Shown piece after piece: positions 38,815-48,367 of a stretch of 64,000 bases of DNA (position 1 is its first letter; each line of letters starts with the position of its first letter). The notes beneath the pieces are model-generated. The model worked only from the letters and a program-made list of their open reading frames with translations, did not search any database and was not told the DNA's origin. This DNA is from a virus, in IMG/VR virus record IMGVR_UViG_3300009506_000005, positions 32,001-96,000 of that record, one strand, 5' to 3'. The position numbers were made by a program, and so were the translations under genes.

Positions 38815-39681
38815 TCACTCCCCGTTCCCACACACACGGAGATGGGATCCCATGGACCCCTGGTACTTCTTCCAGTCGCCCTCAGCCACGCGAGAATAGC
38901 CACGGACGCGATCCCGATGCAGGGTGTAGGTCTCCACCACCTCGCCGCCCTCCAGCTCAATCTCGCGCCTCTGATAGAACGCGGGGTGCCCTTCAAGTCG
39001 ATCAAGCATCTGGAGAACCTCGGCGTTCACCTCGTAGAGCTCGCCCACCACCGATTCGTCTTCGAGGTCCTCGCGCTCCACCATGCCGGGGTAGGCGCCG
39101 AGATCGTAGAGTGCGAAGCCACCACGAGTCCGTGCCCGGCCAACGAACTTGGCGCCCGGTCCGGCGAGCAGGGGATGGTTATGAAGTCCCCTGAGGAGCG
39201 AGCCGTAGACGAAGACCACGCGCGGCGCGAACGCCCGGCCAACGGCATCGCGAAGCGCGGAGACGCCGATCCCATGGTCTCGGCAGCCGCGCTTGATTAT
39301 CGCTACATACGATGAGGAAGGCGGGGACTCCGTCTCGCCATCGTCGCGCACGTAGGTGATCGCCTTGTGCTCTCGTCCCTGATCGTCATGAACGATGATC
39401 GCCGTCTGAGCGTAGCAACCGGAGTTCGCTCCCTCGTATCTGTCCAGCGTCTTCACCTGGTCCGGAGTCAGGCGGTAGAGAACTCCGGGCACGCTGTTCC
39501 CTTCCTCGGGACGAATCGTCGCCGGCGCGCCTCCCCACGTTCCAGCATAACCAGCGAAGGCCAGGCGATGATCGCGGAGATGGGCAACGGGCCCTTGGAG
39601 CACATCTCCCAGGCGTCTCCGGATCTGCTTCGTGGAGAGATTCGAGCCATACGCGAAGTAGTTGGTCAGCTTTCCCTTCAT
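38815..39681 (-). CDS. Tandem gamma-glutamylcyclotransferase (GGCT/AIG2-like) protein
   Basis: YFAYGSNL...LDRYEG and VFVYGSL...LDRLEGHP. Confidence 0.88.
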   Translation of the reverse strand: MKGKLTNYFAYGSNLSTKQIRRRLGDVLQGPVAHLRDHRLAFAGYAGTWGGAPATIRPEEGNSVPGVLYRLTPDQVKTLDRYEGANSGCYAQTAIIVHDDQGREHKAITYVRDDGETESPPSSSYVAIIKRGCRDHGIGVSALRDAVGRAFAPRVVFVYGSLLRGLHNHPLLAGPGAKFVGRARTRGGFALYDLGAYPGMVEREDLEDESVVGELYEVNAEVLQMLDRLEGHPAFYQRREIELEGGEVVETYTLHRDRVRGYSRVAEGDWKKYQGSMGSHLRVCGNGE

Positions 39682-39718
39682 CGGTCTACCTTTCTGGCCG
39701 CTTGCCCGGCCGTCGTTC

Positions 39719-40696
39719 CTATTCGGTTCGGAATGGACGCTCGGAGAGCAGTTCCCGTGCCGTGGCGAATGCTGCCCCAACCATCCCGGAGTGGACCATC
39801 ATGAGCCTGGCGCTCTCCCTCGTCACCTTCTCGTTCTGAGCGCAGCGGGCGCGCTTGTTGTTGATGGCGCGCGCCGAGAGAGCCGTCACGAGCTGGACCC
39901 AGCTCTTCACGTAGCCAGCGTGAAGGGTGCGGCTCTTGAAGTTGAAGCAGCGGAACTCCACCGTGCGGCCACCGGTGTTGAAGAAGGCGTGGAGATTCAG
40001 AGAGCGATACCGGGAGCTGTCATAGTGGCGAACGTCACGAGCGCCCTCGAACGAGTAGCAGCGGTAGTGGTTCTCCCAGTCACGGCCGTACCATTCGCGG
40101 CAGAGCTTGTCGAGGGTGATGCCGCGCATGCCCTTCACCTTCGAGATGAAGTCTGCGGGAGAAGTCTGGCACCACCTGCGGATGCGGTCCTGGCGAGCGC
40201 CGATCATCCGAAGAGCCAGCCTCTCGTTGGAGTACCAGATCTTGACGAGGCGCCCGAGAGCCGAAGGATCCTGCTTGAATTTCTCGCCGCCCACGTGGAT
40301 GTGGACTCCGCAGCTGTTGTCGTTGCGCGCGCCAGCCTCGCGAAGAGCCCTGACGATCTTCTGGAGCATCTCCATGTCATCGTCCTCTCCTGTGATTCCC
40401 TTGAGGACCGGGGAGACAACCTCGCCGCCCATCGGAGAGCCGTCAGCCACGCTGCCATCGTACATGACGATCCAGTCGCGCCCGTCTGCCATCCGCACAC
40501 CGTACTTGTCATAGAACCCTCCGATGTGGTGAACCGTGCCATTCACCGTCTCGGCGATGACGCTGGCCGCGCGGGACTTGGTGAGGCCCACATATTCGAT
40601 CTCAACGCCGTAGGTCAGCTCGTTCATCGTCTCGAAGTTGGCAGCGTTATTGTGAGTGCTGGTCATCGTGGCCTCCGTGTTCCCGTTGCGCGTCAT
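39719..40696 (-). CDS. Putative amidoligase (Amidoligase_2, COOH-NH2 ligase)
   Basis: TYGVEIE, DGSV, EVVSPVL, SCGVHIHVG, RYRSLNL, TVEFR. Confidence 0.88.
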   Translation of the reverse strand: MTRNGNTEATMTSTHNNAANFETMNELTYGVEIEYVGLTKSRAASVIAETVNGTVHHIGGFYDKYGVRMADGRDWIVMYDGSVADGSPMGGEVVSPVLKGITGEDDDMEMLQKIVRALREAGARNDNSCGVHIHVGGEKFKQDPSALGRLVKIWYSNERLALRMIGARQDRIRRWCQTSPADFISKVKGMRGITLDKLCREWYGRDWENHYRCYSFEGARDVRHYDSSRYRSLNLHAFFNTGGRTVEFRCFNFKSRTLHAGYVKSWVQLVTALSARAINNKRARCAQNEKVTRESARLMMVHSGMVGAAFATARELLSERPFRTE

Positions 40697-40938
40697 GCCC
40701 TAAGATTATGCATGGTTCATGCCATGTTTGCACAACGCTTGAACACTCGAAAAGTTCAATAATTTCGAGAAAAGGATCAGGGATCGATCACGTCTCGTTG
40801 CACGGCTGTGTGGTGATTCTGCGACGGTGAGACATGTGGTTTTGTGTAGTATGATTGCTAAATGTTCAAGCATTGTGCATTGTTGATGTACAACACTTGA
40901 ACCAAGACAATTTTGTCAGCTGCTATGAAAAGATTGCA

Positions 40939-41208
40939 CTACGCTTGTGCACGGTCACTTGAGAGCTTGTTCGCGGTGAATATCGCGTTGATTTCCTTGC
41001 GGATTTTTAGAGTAGAGCAGAGTCTTGCTGCTCTGTTCCTCGGGATTTCGAGCTTCTCGGCGAGGCCGCCGATCGTCGTCACGTCCGGGTCCCTTGCAGC
41101 CTTGATGATGACCTCGATCGCCGTTCCTTCCATGGTCCTGTCGAAGTAACTGTCCGAACCAGCTGCGAATTTCAGTGCTCTTCCAAGGTTCCTGTCGCTC
41201 TTCTTCAT
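40939..41208 (-). CDS. Small HTH protein (paralog of 31671-31913)
   Basis: TIGGLAEKLEIPRNRAARL. Confidence 0.6.
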   Translation of the reverse strand: MKKSDRNLGRALKFAAGSDSYFDRTMEGTAIEVIIKAARDPDVTTIGGLAEKLEIPRNRAARLCSTLKIRKEINAIFTANKLSSDRAQA

Positions 41209-41356
41209 CCACTCACCTCCGCATCGGGTAATGCAGACAGCGTGCCAGGATGTCTCTGGCACGACGATTGCACAGCAATTGTGCATTGAGAGGCGAGTGA
41301 AAAGGCTTGCTTTTCGTGTTTCACTGTGAAACACTATCGAGCGCGAAGGAGGGCGG

Positions 41357-41614
41357 ATGATCGGACTCTGGATCTACCTTGGGATCGGCGTGCTTTGCGG
41401 GATTGCGTGCTTGGTTCTCCACGCCTACGTCAGCTTTCAGGCATGGAAGCTGAGCCGCACAACCGAGGCGAAGCTGGGGAAGCATGTCGATGTCCACCTC
41501 ATGGATCAGTTCTCCATCCTGGAGCTCACCGTGGTCATCTTGCTTTGGCCGGCTGTAGCCGGCGGTGTCGTTGCGAGGATCGCGATGATGAGGATCAAGA
41601 AACGTGGCGGATGA
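41357..41614 (+). CDS. Small two-TM membrane protein
   Basis: Two hydrophobic helices, LLWP motif. Confidence 0.55.
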   Translation: MIGLWIYLGIGVLCGIACLVLHAYVSFQAWKLSRTTEAKLGKHVDVHLMDQFSILELTVVILLWPAVAGGVVARIAMMRIKKRGG

Positions 41615-41864
41615 ACTGCATAAGCCGGACCGGTGCGGATGGTGCGGCAGTGTGACCGGACGCCTGCACTGGTTCGGGAGAGCGTTGGCCTGGGTCTGCT
41701 ACCGCTGCTTTCATGGTAGTGAGTACGACAGGCGCAAGGAGGCGGGTGAGTTTGATGACTGAGTTCCTGAGAACGGCGTCCCTCTGCATCCTGATCCCCA
41801 TCGGTGTCGTTCTCTTGTTCGGCATCGTGTCCGAGATCGTCCAGGCGATCTGGAGGAGGCTGCG

Positions 41865-42188
41865 ATGAGCGATCTCTCAGAGAACCTGGCCCGGATTGTC
41901 GGGCTCAAGAATGGGAGGATCGAGGAGCTGGAGAAGGCGATCGGAGCGATCGCCGGCGCCATGAAGGCGGATGAGGAGAGCGGGATCGCCGTCGTGGGCG
42001 CCGCCCCGAAAACGTGGGAGGCGATCCTGGACGCGGTGGAGGCCCTGAACTTCACCCAGATGGACGCCGGAAGGTGGGGAAGGGAGCGGGCCGAGCTCGA
42101 AGCGAGGATTGCCGAACTGGAGACGCAGCTCCAGCAACTCAAGGCAGATGCAGTCCAGGCCATCGCGCCCAGCGCGGGAGACGCATGA
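41865..42188 (+). CDS. Hypothetical protein
   Basis: SD GGAGG. Confidence 0.55.
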   Translation: MSDLSENLARIVGLKNGRIEELEKAIGAIAGAMKADEESGIAVVGAAPKTWEAILDAVEALNFTQMDAGRWGRERAELEARIAELETQLQQLKADAVQAIAPSAGDA

Positions 42189-42467
42189 AACAGCGGGTGA
42201 GAACCCGGGAAGGAGACGCAATGGAGAACTCGAAGAGGCAGACGAGGCGTGGCAACCTCATCCGCATCGAGGAGAAGGAGGGCGGCCAGTACGTGAAGGC
42301 GGAAATACTGGACAAGGTGGCCCGGGAGGTGCGCGGCCTCATAGATGCGTGGGACGGATGCGGTGGCTGCGCCAACGAGAAGATGACGGTTGAGATGAGC
42401 GCAGCTATCGCGAACGCGCGGGCCATGGTCAAGGCGATCGACGACGCCTTCGCCGCGGAGGGGTGAC

Positions 42468-42956
42468 ATGAGCGAGAAGAAGCAGGAGAAGCGGATTGAG
42501 GAACGGCACTGCACGGAGCTCGATCTGGAAGCCGAAGACGTTGGGCCGATCGCCGCAGCTTTCACGAAGGAGATCAAGCCGATCGTCGATCAAATGCGCG
42601 AGAAATGCGTGGAGCTGAACATCCCGTTCTTCACCTCGTTCGTGCTCGACAGAAGGGATGATCTCGGTGGCGTCGCCTCAGCGAACCTCATCTACTACGG
42701 GGCCGTTGGAGAGGACGACAAGCCAAGGGATGAGGATCGCGCTCTTCCCATGAGCAAGCTTGCCCGCGTCGTCATCGATGGCTGGCAGCCGCTTCCGCCG
42801 CAGATGGCGGCGAACGCCGTGCGGGCAGAGGCCGCGAAGAAAGCCCTGGAGCCGGTGCTGCGCGAGGTGCTGTCGAGGCACACGGACTGCGACTGCGAGA
42901 TGTGCCAGGCGGCGCGCGGGGCACAGGATGCCAGGGACAAGGATCTGATCAACTAG
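42468..42956 (+). CDS. Hypothetical protein (resembles 36366-36656)
   Basis: FTKEIKPIVDQMREKCVELNIP versus YDEKITPLMDQIIEICQEHKMP. Confidence 0.6.
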   Translation: MSEKKQEKRIEERHCTELDLEAEDVGPIAAAFTKEIKPIVDQMREKCVELNIPFFTSFVLDRRDDLGGVASANLIYYGAVGEDDKPRDEDRALPMSKLARVVIDGWQPLPPQMAANAVRAEAAKKALEPVLREVLSRHTDCDCEMCQAARGAQDARDKDLIN

Positions 42957-42965
42957 GGAGGTGGG

Positions 42966-43355
42966 ATGAGCAGGAGGAAGACGCGGCGCCGGCGCCTTGC
43001 TGAGATCGAGGGCAGGCGAGAACAGCGCGCCGAGGAGAAGAAGCGCGAGCAGAAGCTGGCCTACCAGAAGTGGAAGTCAGCGACGAAGATCGTGAAGCTC
43101 TCCATTCGTGGCCGGGTCCCGGAGGATATCCCGTCGAAGCTCCGTGCGAAGGTTCCAGGGCTCTTCATGACTAGGCAGCACACGATCACAGAGAAGCTCG
43201 GCGAGTGGAACGAGGCCGCACGGGAGAAGGGTGAGGAGGAGCACTCGCTGGAAGATGCCATGGCTCAATACGTGATGGAGTGCGTGGGCAATGGAGACCT
43301 CAGCCCCCTCGAAGGAGAACCCGAGAAGGGCGACCTGATCGTTGTCCTGAGGTAG
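42966..43355 (+). CDS. Hypothetical protein
   Basis: SD GGAGGT. Confidence 0.55.
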   Translation: MSRRKTRRRRLAEIEGRREQRAEEKKREQKLAYQKWKSATKIVKLSIRGRVPEDIPSKLRAKVPGLFMTRQHTITEKLGEWNEAAREKGEEEHSLEDAMAQYVMECVGNGDLSPLEGEPEKGDLIVVLR

Positions 43356-43595
43356 GTGATGGGGCTGGAGACCGTCCAGGCGAAGCCAGGGGATCGGGTG
43401 GACGTAGAGCGCTTTGAGCGCCTGCGAGAGGAGCGGGGATTCAGCTACTCGCAGGTGGCCGGATCCCTTGGTATTTCACGGGCCACGCTCTGGCGGCGCC
43501 TCAACGGGACCCATCCATTCCGGCGCCTGGAGATACAGCGCCTCGCCGAGGTGTTCGACGCCAACGTAGCTTGGCTTGTGGGCCGCGATGGTTAG
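43356..43595 (+). CDS. XRE-family HTH regulator
   Basis: LREERGFSYSQVAGSLGISRATLWR...LAEVF..NVAWL. Confidence 0.8.
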   Translation: MMGLETVQAKPGDRVDVERFERLREERGFSYSQVAGSLGISRATLWRRLNGTHPFRRLEIQRLAEVFDANVAWLVGRDG

Positions 43596-44225
43596 AGTAT
43601 GGTATGATCATACCGTGCGCTGCTCGATGCGGCGAAGGAGGATCGTCATGGACCTGGAGATGAAGGAGATCCGCGCGTGCCCCGCGTGCCGAGGCAACTC
43701 CTTGACCGCGGCCCGGGTATTCAGTGACGGAGTGAACTGGAGAGCTGTCGTGATCTGCAAAAACTGTGGGATCCTCAGAGATGGATCCGAGCAGTACGAT
43801 GACGAAGCAGAGGCTCGCCTTGTGCTAGCCTCCGTGCCACTGCCTCCGATTCAAGGCGGCGTCCGAGTGAGATGGCAGACGCCTGGGTGCGGGCCGCGCA
43901 GGTGCCAGCGAGAGGGTACTATTGTTGCCTGGGTTCCGGCTTTCAAGGATGCTGGGTCGTTCCTTCCGGATGACGGCGACAGGAGGATGCTGCGTTCCAG
44001 GGCCCTCGCCAGCCAGCCGCGATACCTGATCGCCGTGGACAGGGGTGGCGTGACGGAGTACATGACCGCGCCAGCAAACTGGGTCGAGGTCAACCGTTGA
44101 TCGGCTACCTCATCGCGTTCGCCGCGATCATCTTCCTCACAATCGGAGGTCTTGCGGCAGAGGATGTCATGGAGTCACGGAAGCGCCGGCGCGACGACGC
44201 GCGACTAGGTAAAGGGAGGTGAAGT

Positions 44226-44906
44226 GTGAAGAATGATCGAGTGGCAGCCGATAACTACCCCACTCCAGAGGGGCTCGCTGCGTGGATTGCGGACCATGCG
44301 CTGACCGAGTTCGAACGCTGGAAGCAGGCGAAGAGAGACGTGATCGAGTTTCTGGAGCCTGGGTGCGGGGAGACGGCACCGTTCGCGAGACACGCAAACG
44401 AACGCGATGACGTGCACGCAACGGCCATCGAGTTGCGGCCGATCGACGTCGAGGCCATCTGTCAGTTACCAGGTGGGAGCGGGCTGAGCGTGGCGCATGA
44501 CCAGGACTTTCTCGATCGGGCGTCTTCGTTCTTCGAGAAGCGGCGTGGGATCGTTGACGTGATCGCAGGGAACCCTCCGTATGCCTACGCCATGCAGTTC
44601 GTCAAGGCGAGCCTGGAGCTCCTCGCCCCGGATGGCGTGGCGTCCTTTCTCCTGCGTCTCGGGTTCCTGTCCTCGAAGGCGAGGCGCGAGTTCTTCGCCG
44701 AGATGCCACCTACCATCGTGACGGTTCTCCAGCGCCGGCCATCCTTCGTTCATGGCAAGACGGACTCCCAGGAGTACGCGGTGATGACCTGGTTCGGGAA
44801 CGCGACCCAGGGACTACGCGATCCTCATGAGATGAGATCGTCACCCCTGCTCAAGTGGCTGGACAACTCGCAGATCCCCAACGGAGCGAAGCACCCCAAA
44901 TATTAG
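44226..44906 (+). CDS. Amino (N6A/N4C) DNA methyltransferase-like protein
   Basis: DNYPTP, LEPGCGE, DFL, GNPPY, LLRLGFL, RPSF. Confidence 0.82.
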   Translation: MKNDRVAADNYPTPEGLAAWIADHALTEFERWKQAKRDVIEFLEPGCGETAPFARHANERDDVHATAIELRPIDVEAICQLPGGSGLSVAHDQDFLDRASSFFEKRRGIVDVIAGNPPYAYAMQFVKASLELLAPDGVASFLLRLGFLSSKARREFFAEMPPTIVTVLQRRPSFVHGKTDSQEYAVMTWFGNATQGLRDPHEMRSSPLLKWLDNSQIPNGAKHPKY

Positions 44907-45541
44907 CAGGGCAAGTTGTCGATAGCTGATCGGACACGGTCATCGCTCGGAGCTGCGTAGATGGTTGTCGTGTGGATGTCCGCATGCCTGGCAAACCGCT
45001 GGGTGAGCCTCAGGTCACCCGCCTGTTCGTAGACATTCTGGATCGCCGTGTGGCGCAGGGCGTGGAAGGTGAAGAGCGGGTCGGAGAATCCAGCGCGCCG
45101 TTGCATCTTGCGCCAATTGTGACGCAGGGTGCGAGTGCTGATCGGAGTCCCCCTAGACGTTGTGAAGAGTGGGGAATCGCTCCTCGTTGGCTCAAGCATT
45201 CTCTTCTTCCAGGAGATGAACTTCGAGAGCTTCGTCCTGAGCTTCTCCGGGACGAACACCTCCTGGACGTTCGGCGAGCTCTCCCTGCTCTTTCCCTTGA
45301 ACGTGCGCAGACGAATGCGGTCCCGGACTCCGCGATCTGCGCGGTAGACGTCTCCGATGGAGAGGGCGGCGATCTCATGCTCGCGGAGGGCCGTGCCGAG
45401 GGCGATGGAGACTACCATGTGGTCCCGGTACCAGAGATCCACGGTTCCCTCGTTCGTCCCCATGATCATGGGGCTGAGGACCCTCTTTTGCTCCTCGGCC
45501 GTGAGAGTGCGTGGAGCCCGCTGTCGTGCTCGCTCGATCAT
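44903..45541 (-). CDS. Tyrosine recombinase, catalytic domain only
   Basis: TALREHE (R), KGK, FHALRHT, RHAD, TTIY (Y). Confidence 0.88.
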   Translation of the reverse strand: MIERARQRAPRTLTAEEQKRVLSPMIMGTNEGTVDLWYRDHMVVSIALGTALREHEIAALSIGDVYRADRGVRDRIRLRTFKGKSRESSPNVQEVFVPEKLRTKLSKFISWKKRMLEPTRSDSPLFTTSRGTPISTRTLRHNWRKMQRRAGFSDPLFTFHALRHTAIQNVYEQAGDLRLTQRFARHADIHTTTIYAAPSDDRVRSAIDNLPC

Positions 45542-45906
45542 GACCTACCTCCTCTTCCGGGGATGCGGTCCGCGCGGACGACAGAGACGTTCTCGTGACT
45601 CACGAGCAGACACGAGCCGTTGACGTTGACGGTGAGCGCTGTGAGCTGTGCCAGATACTCCGGCGAGCCATAGCACCACCCCTTGCTTCCAGCGAACGGT
45701 CCGCCGGTGATGAGGACAGTCGTCCTCCACGGGGGCAGCATCCTGAGGCAGTTGGCCCGTGGCCACGCAACCCCGCCTCCTTCGAGTTTCACGCCGACGC
45801 GCTGGGCTAGCCTGGCCCGGCGCTCGATCTCCATGGGGGCGAGCTGGACGATACCTGATCGCCCCGCGTGCTCCCCGTTCTCGATCCTGACTTGCGTCTG
45901 TTCCAT
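45538..45906 (-). CDS. Hypothetical protein with KOW-like motifs
   Basis: VRIENGEHAGRSG and VLITGGPFAGSKG. Confidence 0.5.
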   Translation of the reverse strand: MEQTQVRIENGEHAGRSGIVQLAPMEIERRARLAQRVGVKLEGGGVAWPRANCLRMLPPWRTTVLITGGPFAGSKGWCYGSPEYLAQLTALTVNVNGSCLLVSHENVSVVRADRIPGRGGRS

Positions 45907-45918
45907 CGGAATCTCCTT

Positions 45919-46398
45919 TCAGAGCGGCCTGACGACCGCCTTGTTCAAGATGAGAACGCACTCCACGTCCCAGCCATACATGCTGGGATTCGTCAGCCGT
46001 GTGCGCCACTGTCCGGCCTCCGTGAGGTAGATGACGTCCAGCTGCTTGGCCATCGCCTCGAAGTCCATGACAGTGAGGTGCCGGAACGATCCACTGCGCC
46101 CGTAGGCACGGATGAGCGCCCGGAGATCGCACATGCCGTCCACGGTGAAGATCCTGGCGAAGGGGCAGAGCGTGAACTCAAAGAAGACCGCGAGGTCATC
46201 GGTGTTGAAGCCTTCGTCCTCGCACCACTCTCTCCACGGATCTTTGCCCGGCCCCACTGGACACGCCCAGAGGCCACCCCTCGGCTTCACGAAGTCCGGG
46301 ATGTTGGTGATCACCTCGAAGAGAGCTGGGTCAAAGCGCTCGTGGCCGTAGTGCCTGTAGACTGTCTCCATCGCTTGCCTCCTTTCAGCCTGTCGCAA
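45919..46398 (-). CDS. Hypothetical phage protein
   Basis: KPRGGLWACP...YGWDVEC. Confidence 0.65.
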   Translation of the reverse strand: MRQAERRQAMETVYRHYGHERFDPALFEVITNIPDFVKPRGGLWACPVGPGKDPWREWCEDEGFNTDDLAVFFEFTLCPFARIFTVDGMCDLRALIRAYGRSGSFRHLTVMDFEAMAKQLDVIYLTEAGQWRTRLTNPSMYGWDVECVLILNKAVVRPL

Positions 46399-46496
46399 TC
46401 CAGTATGGTCGCGAAAGTGGCAATTGTCAAACTTGGCCGAGTGGAAAAAGCAAGAAAGTTCGAAACGAGCGGATCGTACAGTCGAGGAGCGCGGTG

Positions 46497-46524
46497 TTCA
46501 CTTCTGGCCGAGCGTTGATATAAT
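46497..46524 (+). promoter_or_regulatory. Promoter for the packaging/head operon
   Basis: Extended -10 TGA-TATAAT; weak -35 TTCACT. Confidence 0.5.
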
Positions 46525-46579
46525 GGAAGCCACGATCGCCGGAAGACGTTGAACGCGGTGCGATCGGATCGGTGTTTAG

Positions 46580-48025
46580 ATGGTTCTCGCCATAACGAAG
46601 AAAACGGAATCAGATCTCACCGACTGGCTTGCCACGGAGGCCGGGTTCCTCCAGGGGCTGTGCCGGTATGACGAGGAGCCGATCAAGCTCGACGCCTACC
46701 AGGCGGCGTTCCTGTCCCAGGACAACAAGTACCGCTGTGTGGAGAAGGCCAGGCAGGTTGGATTCTCGTTTCTCTTCGCCCTGGAGGCCGTGGCCAGATG
46801 CCACCTGCGGCCAGCTCAGACCTCGGTCTTCGTGTCCTACAATCTGAGCGACTCCAAGGAGAAGATCGGGTACGCGCGCCAGCTCTACGAGGAGATGCCC
46901 GCCGCGTATCAGAAGAAGCTGATCGTTGACTCCAAGCTGGAGCTCGCCTTCGAGAGCAACGGCTCCAAGAAGGTGAGCAGGATCATCTCCAACCCCAGCC
47001 GCGCGCCCCGCGGGAAGAAAGGGGACATCTACCTGGACGAGCTCGCGCACTATGTGGACGACAGGAGCGTCTACAAGGGATCCACCGCGCTCATCCTCCG
47101 CTCCCGCGGCCAACTGTCCATCTGCTCCACGCCCCTCGGGCGCCGCGGGGTCTTCTGGGAGATCGCGCGCCAGGAGCTCAAGCCGTACCGAGCCTACAAG
47201 AGACAGCGCGTGCCGTGGTGGCTCTGCCGGTTCTTCTGCGTGGACGTGGAGAAGGCAGCCGTGGATGCGCCGCACATGCCAACGGAGGATCGCGTCAAGC
47301 GTTTCGGTTCGGAGGGCATCGTCGATCAGTTTGATTCCCTCCTCCTCGAAGACTTCCAGCAAGAGTTCGAGCACGAGTACATCGATGAGAGCTACTCGTT
47401 CTTCCCCTACGACCTGATCATGCCCTGCACGGACGACCCCAGGGAGGGCGAGCTGGGGGGCTTGGACTTCTGGCGTGACGTGACCGATGCCGGCAGGGTA
47501 AGAGGGCGCCTCATTGCGGGGTTCGATGTCGGGCGTCACCGGGACTTGTCCGAGCTCGCCATCTTCGAGGAGATAGGAGAGCACAAGTTCTGCCGCATGC
47601 TCCAGCGCTTCGATCGCGTGCCGTTCGCCGTCCAGGAGGAGGAGTGCCGGCGCGTTCTCAACACCCTACCGATCGCGCGTTTCTGTATCGACTCCACCGG
47701 GATCGGGATGCACCTGGCAGAGAACCTCTCCGTGGACTTCCCGCAGATCCAAGAGGTCACGTTCAGCAACGAGGTGAAGGAGACCCTCTGCAACGATTTC
47801 AAGATCCTGCTCCAGCAACGCAGGATGACGCTCCCGAGCGATCGCGAGCTCGTGGCGCAGATTCACTCCATCAAGCGCCGTGTCACCTCCACGGGGAAGG
47901 CCAAGTTCGAATCGGAGTCCACAGGGAAGGGGCATGCCGATCGATTCTGGGCGTGTGCCCTCGCTGTGCAGAAGGAGCGTGTCCCCATAGGCAAGCCCAG
48001 CGTGGGCTTCCGGGTAGTTGGATGA
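46580..48025 (+). CDS. terL: Terminase large subunit
   Basis: EKARQVGFS Walker A, IYLDE Walker [28 protein letters not shown]. Confidence 0.93.
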   Translation: MVLAITKKTESDLTDWLATEAGFLQGLCRYDEEPIKLDAYQAAFLSQDNKYRCVEKARQVGFSFLFALEAVARCHLRPAQTSVFVSYNLSDSKEKIGYARQLYEEMPAAYQKKLIVDSKLELAFESNGSKKVSRIISNPSRAPRGKKGDIYLDELAHYVDDRSVYKGSTALILRSRGQLSICSTPLGRRGVFWEIARQELKPYRAYKRQRVPWWLCRFFCVDVEKAAVDAPHMPTEDRVKRFGSEGIVDQFDSLLLEDFQQEFEHEYIDESYSFFPYDLIMPCTDDPREGELGGLDFWRDVTDAGRVRGRLIAGFDVGRHRDLSELAIFEEIGEHKFCRMLQRFDRVPFAVQEEECRRVLNTLPIARFCIDSTGIGMHLAENLSVDFPQIQEVTFSNEVKETLCNDFKILLQQRRMTLPSDRELVAQIHSIKRRVTSTGKAKFESESTGKGHADRFWACALAVQKERVPIGKPSVGFRVVG

Positions 48026-48070
48026 GACGGCGGCACCCGTGATAGGATTGCCGAAACGAAAGGATCAGAG

Positions 48071-48367
48071 ATGAGACCTCAGCAAAAAGCACTTGATATC
48101 CCGGCCGCCATCGGCCAGGGGGCGCCCATCGATGTTTTCAACTTCCGGGATTCCTCGGTTCAGATCGGCGGCACGTTCGTGGCCACCATCCAGATCGAGG
48201 GGCGCCTGGACGATTCGATGCCGTGGAGCGCGATCGGTTCTCCCGTGACGGCTCCCGGGTTCGTGGACCTCCCCCACATCGTGAAGGACATCCGTGCGAA
48301 TGTGACCGGATACACGTCCGGCACCCCCGAGGGCTTCTTCGCTGGGTTCAACGCGAGGACCGAGTAA
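48071..48367 (+). CDS. Small beta-rich hypothetical (possibly virion) protein
   Basis: Lies between TerL and portal; TAATG coupling. Confidence 0.6.
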   Translation: MRPQQKALDIPAAIGQGAPIDVFNFRDSSVQIGGTFVATIQIEGRLDDSMPWSAIGSPVTAPGFVDLPHIVKDIRANVTGYTSGTPEGFFAGFNARTE

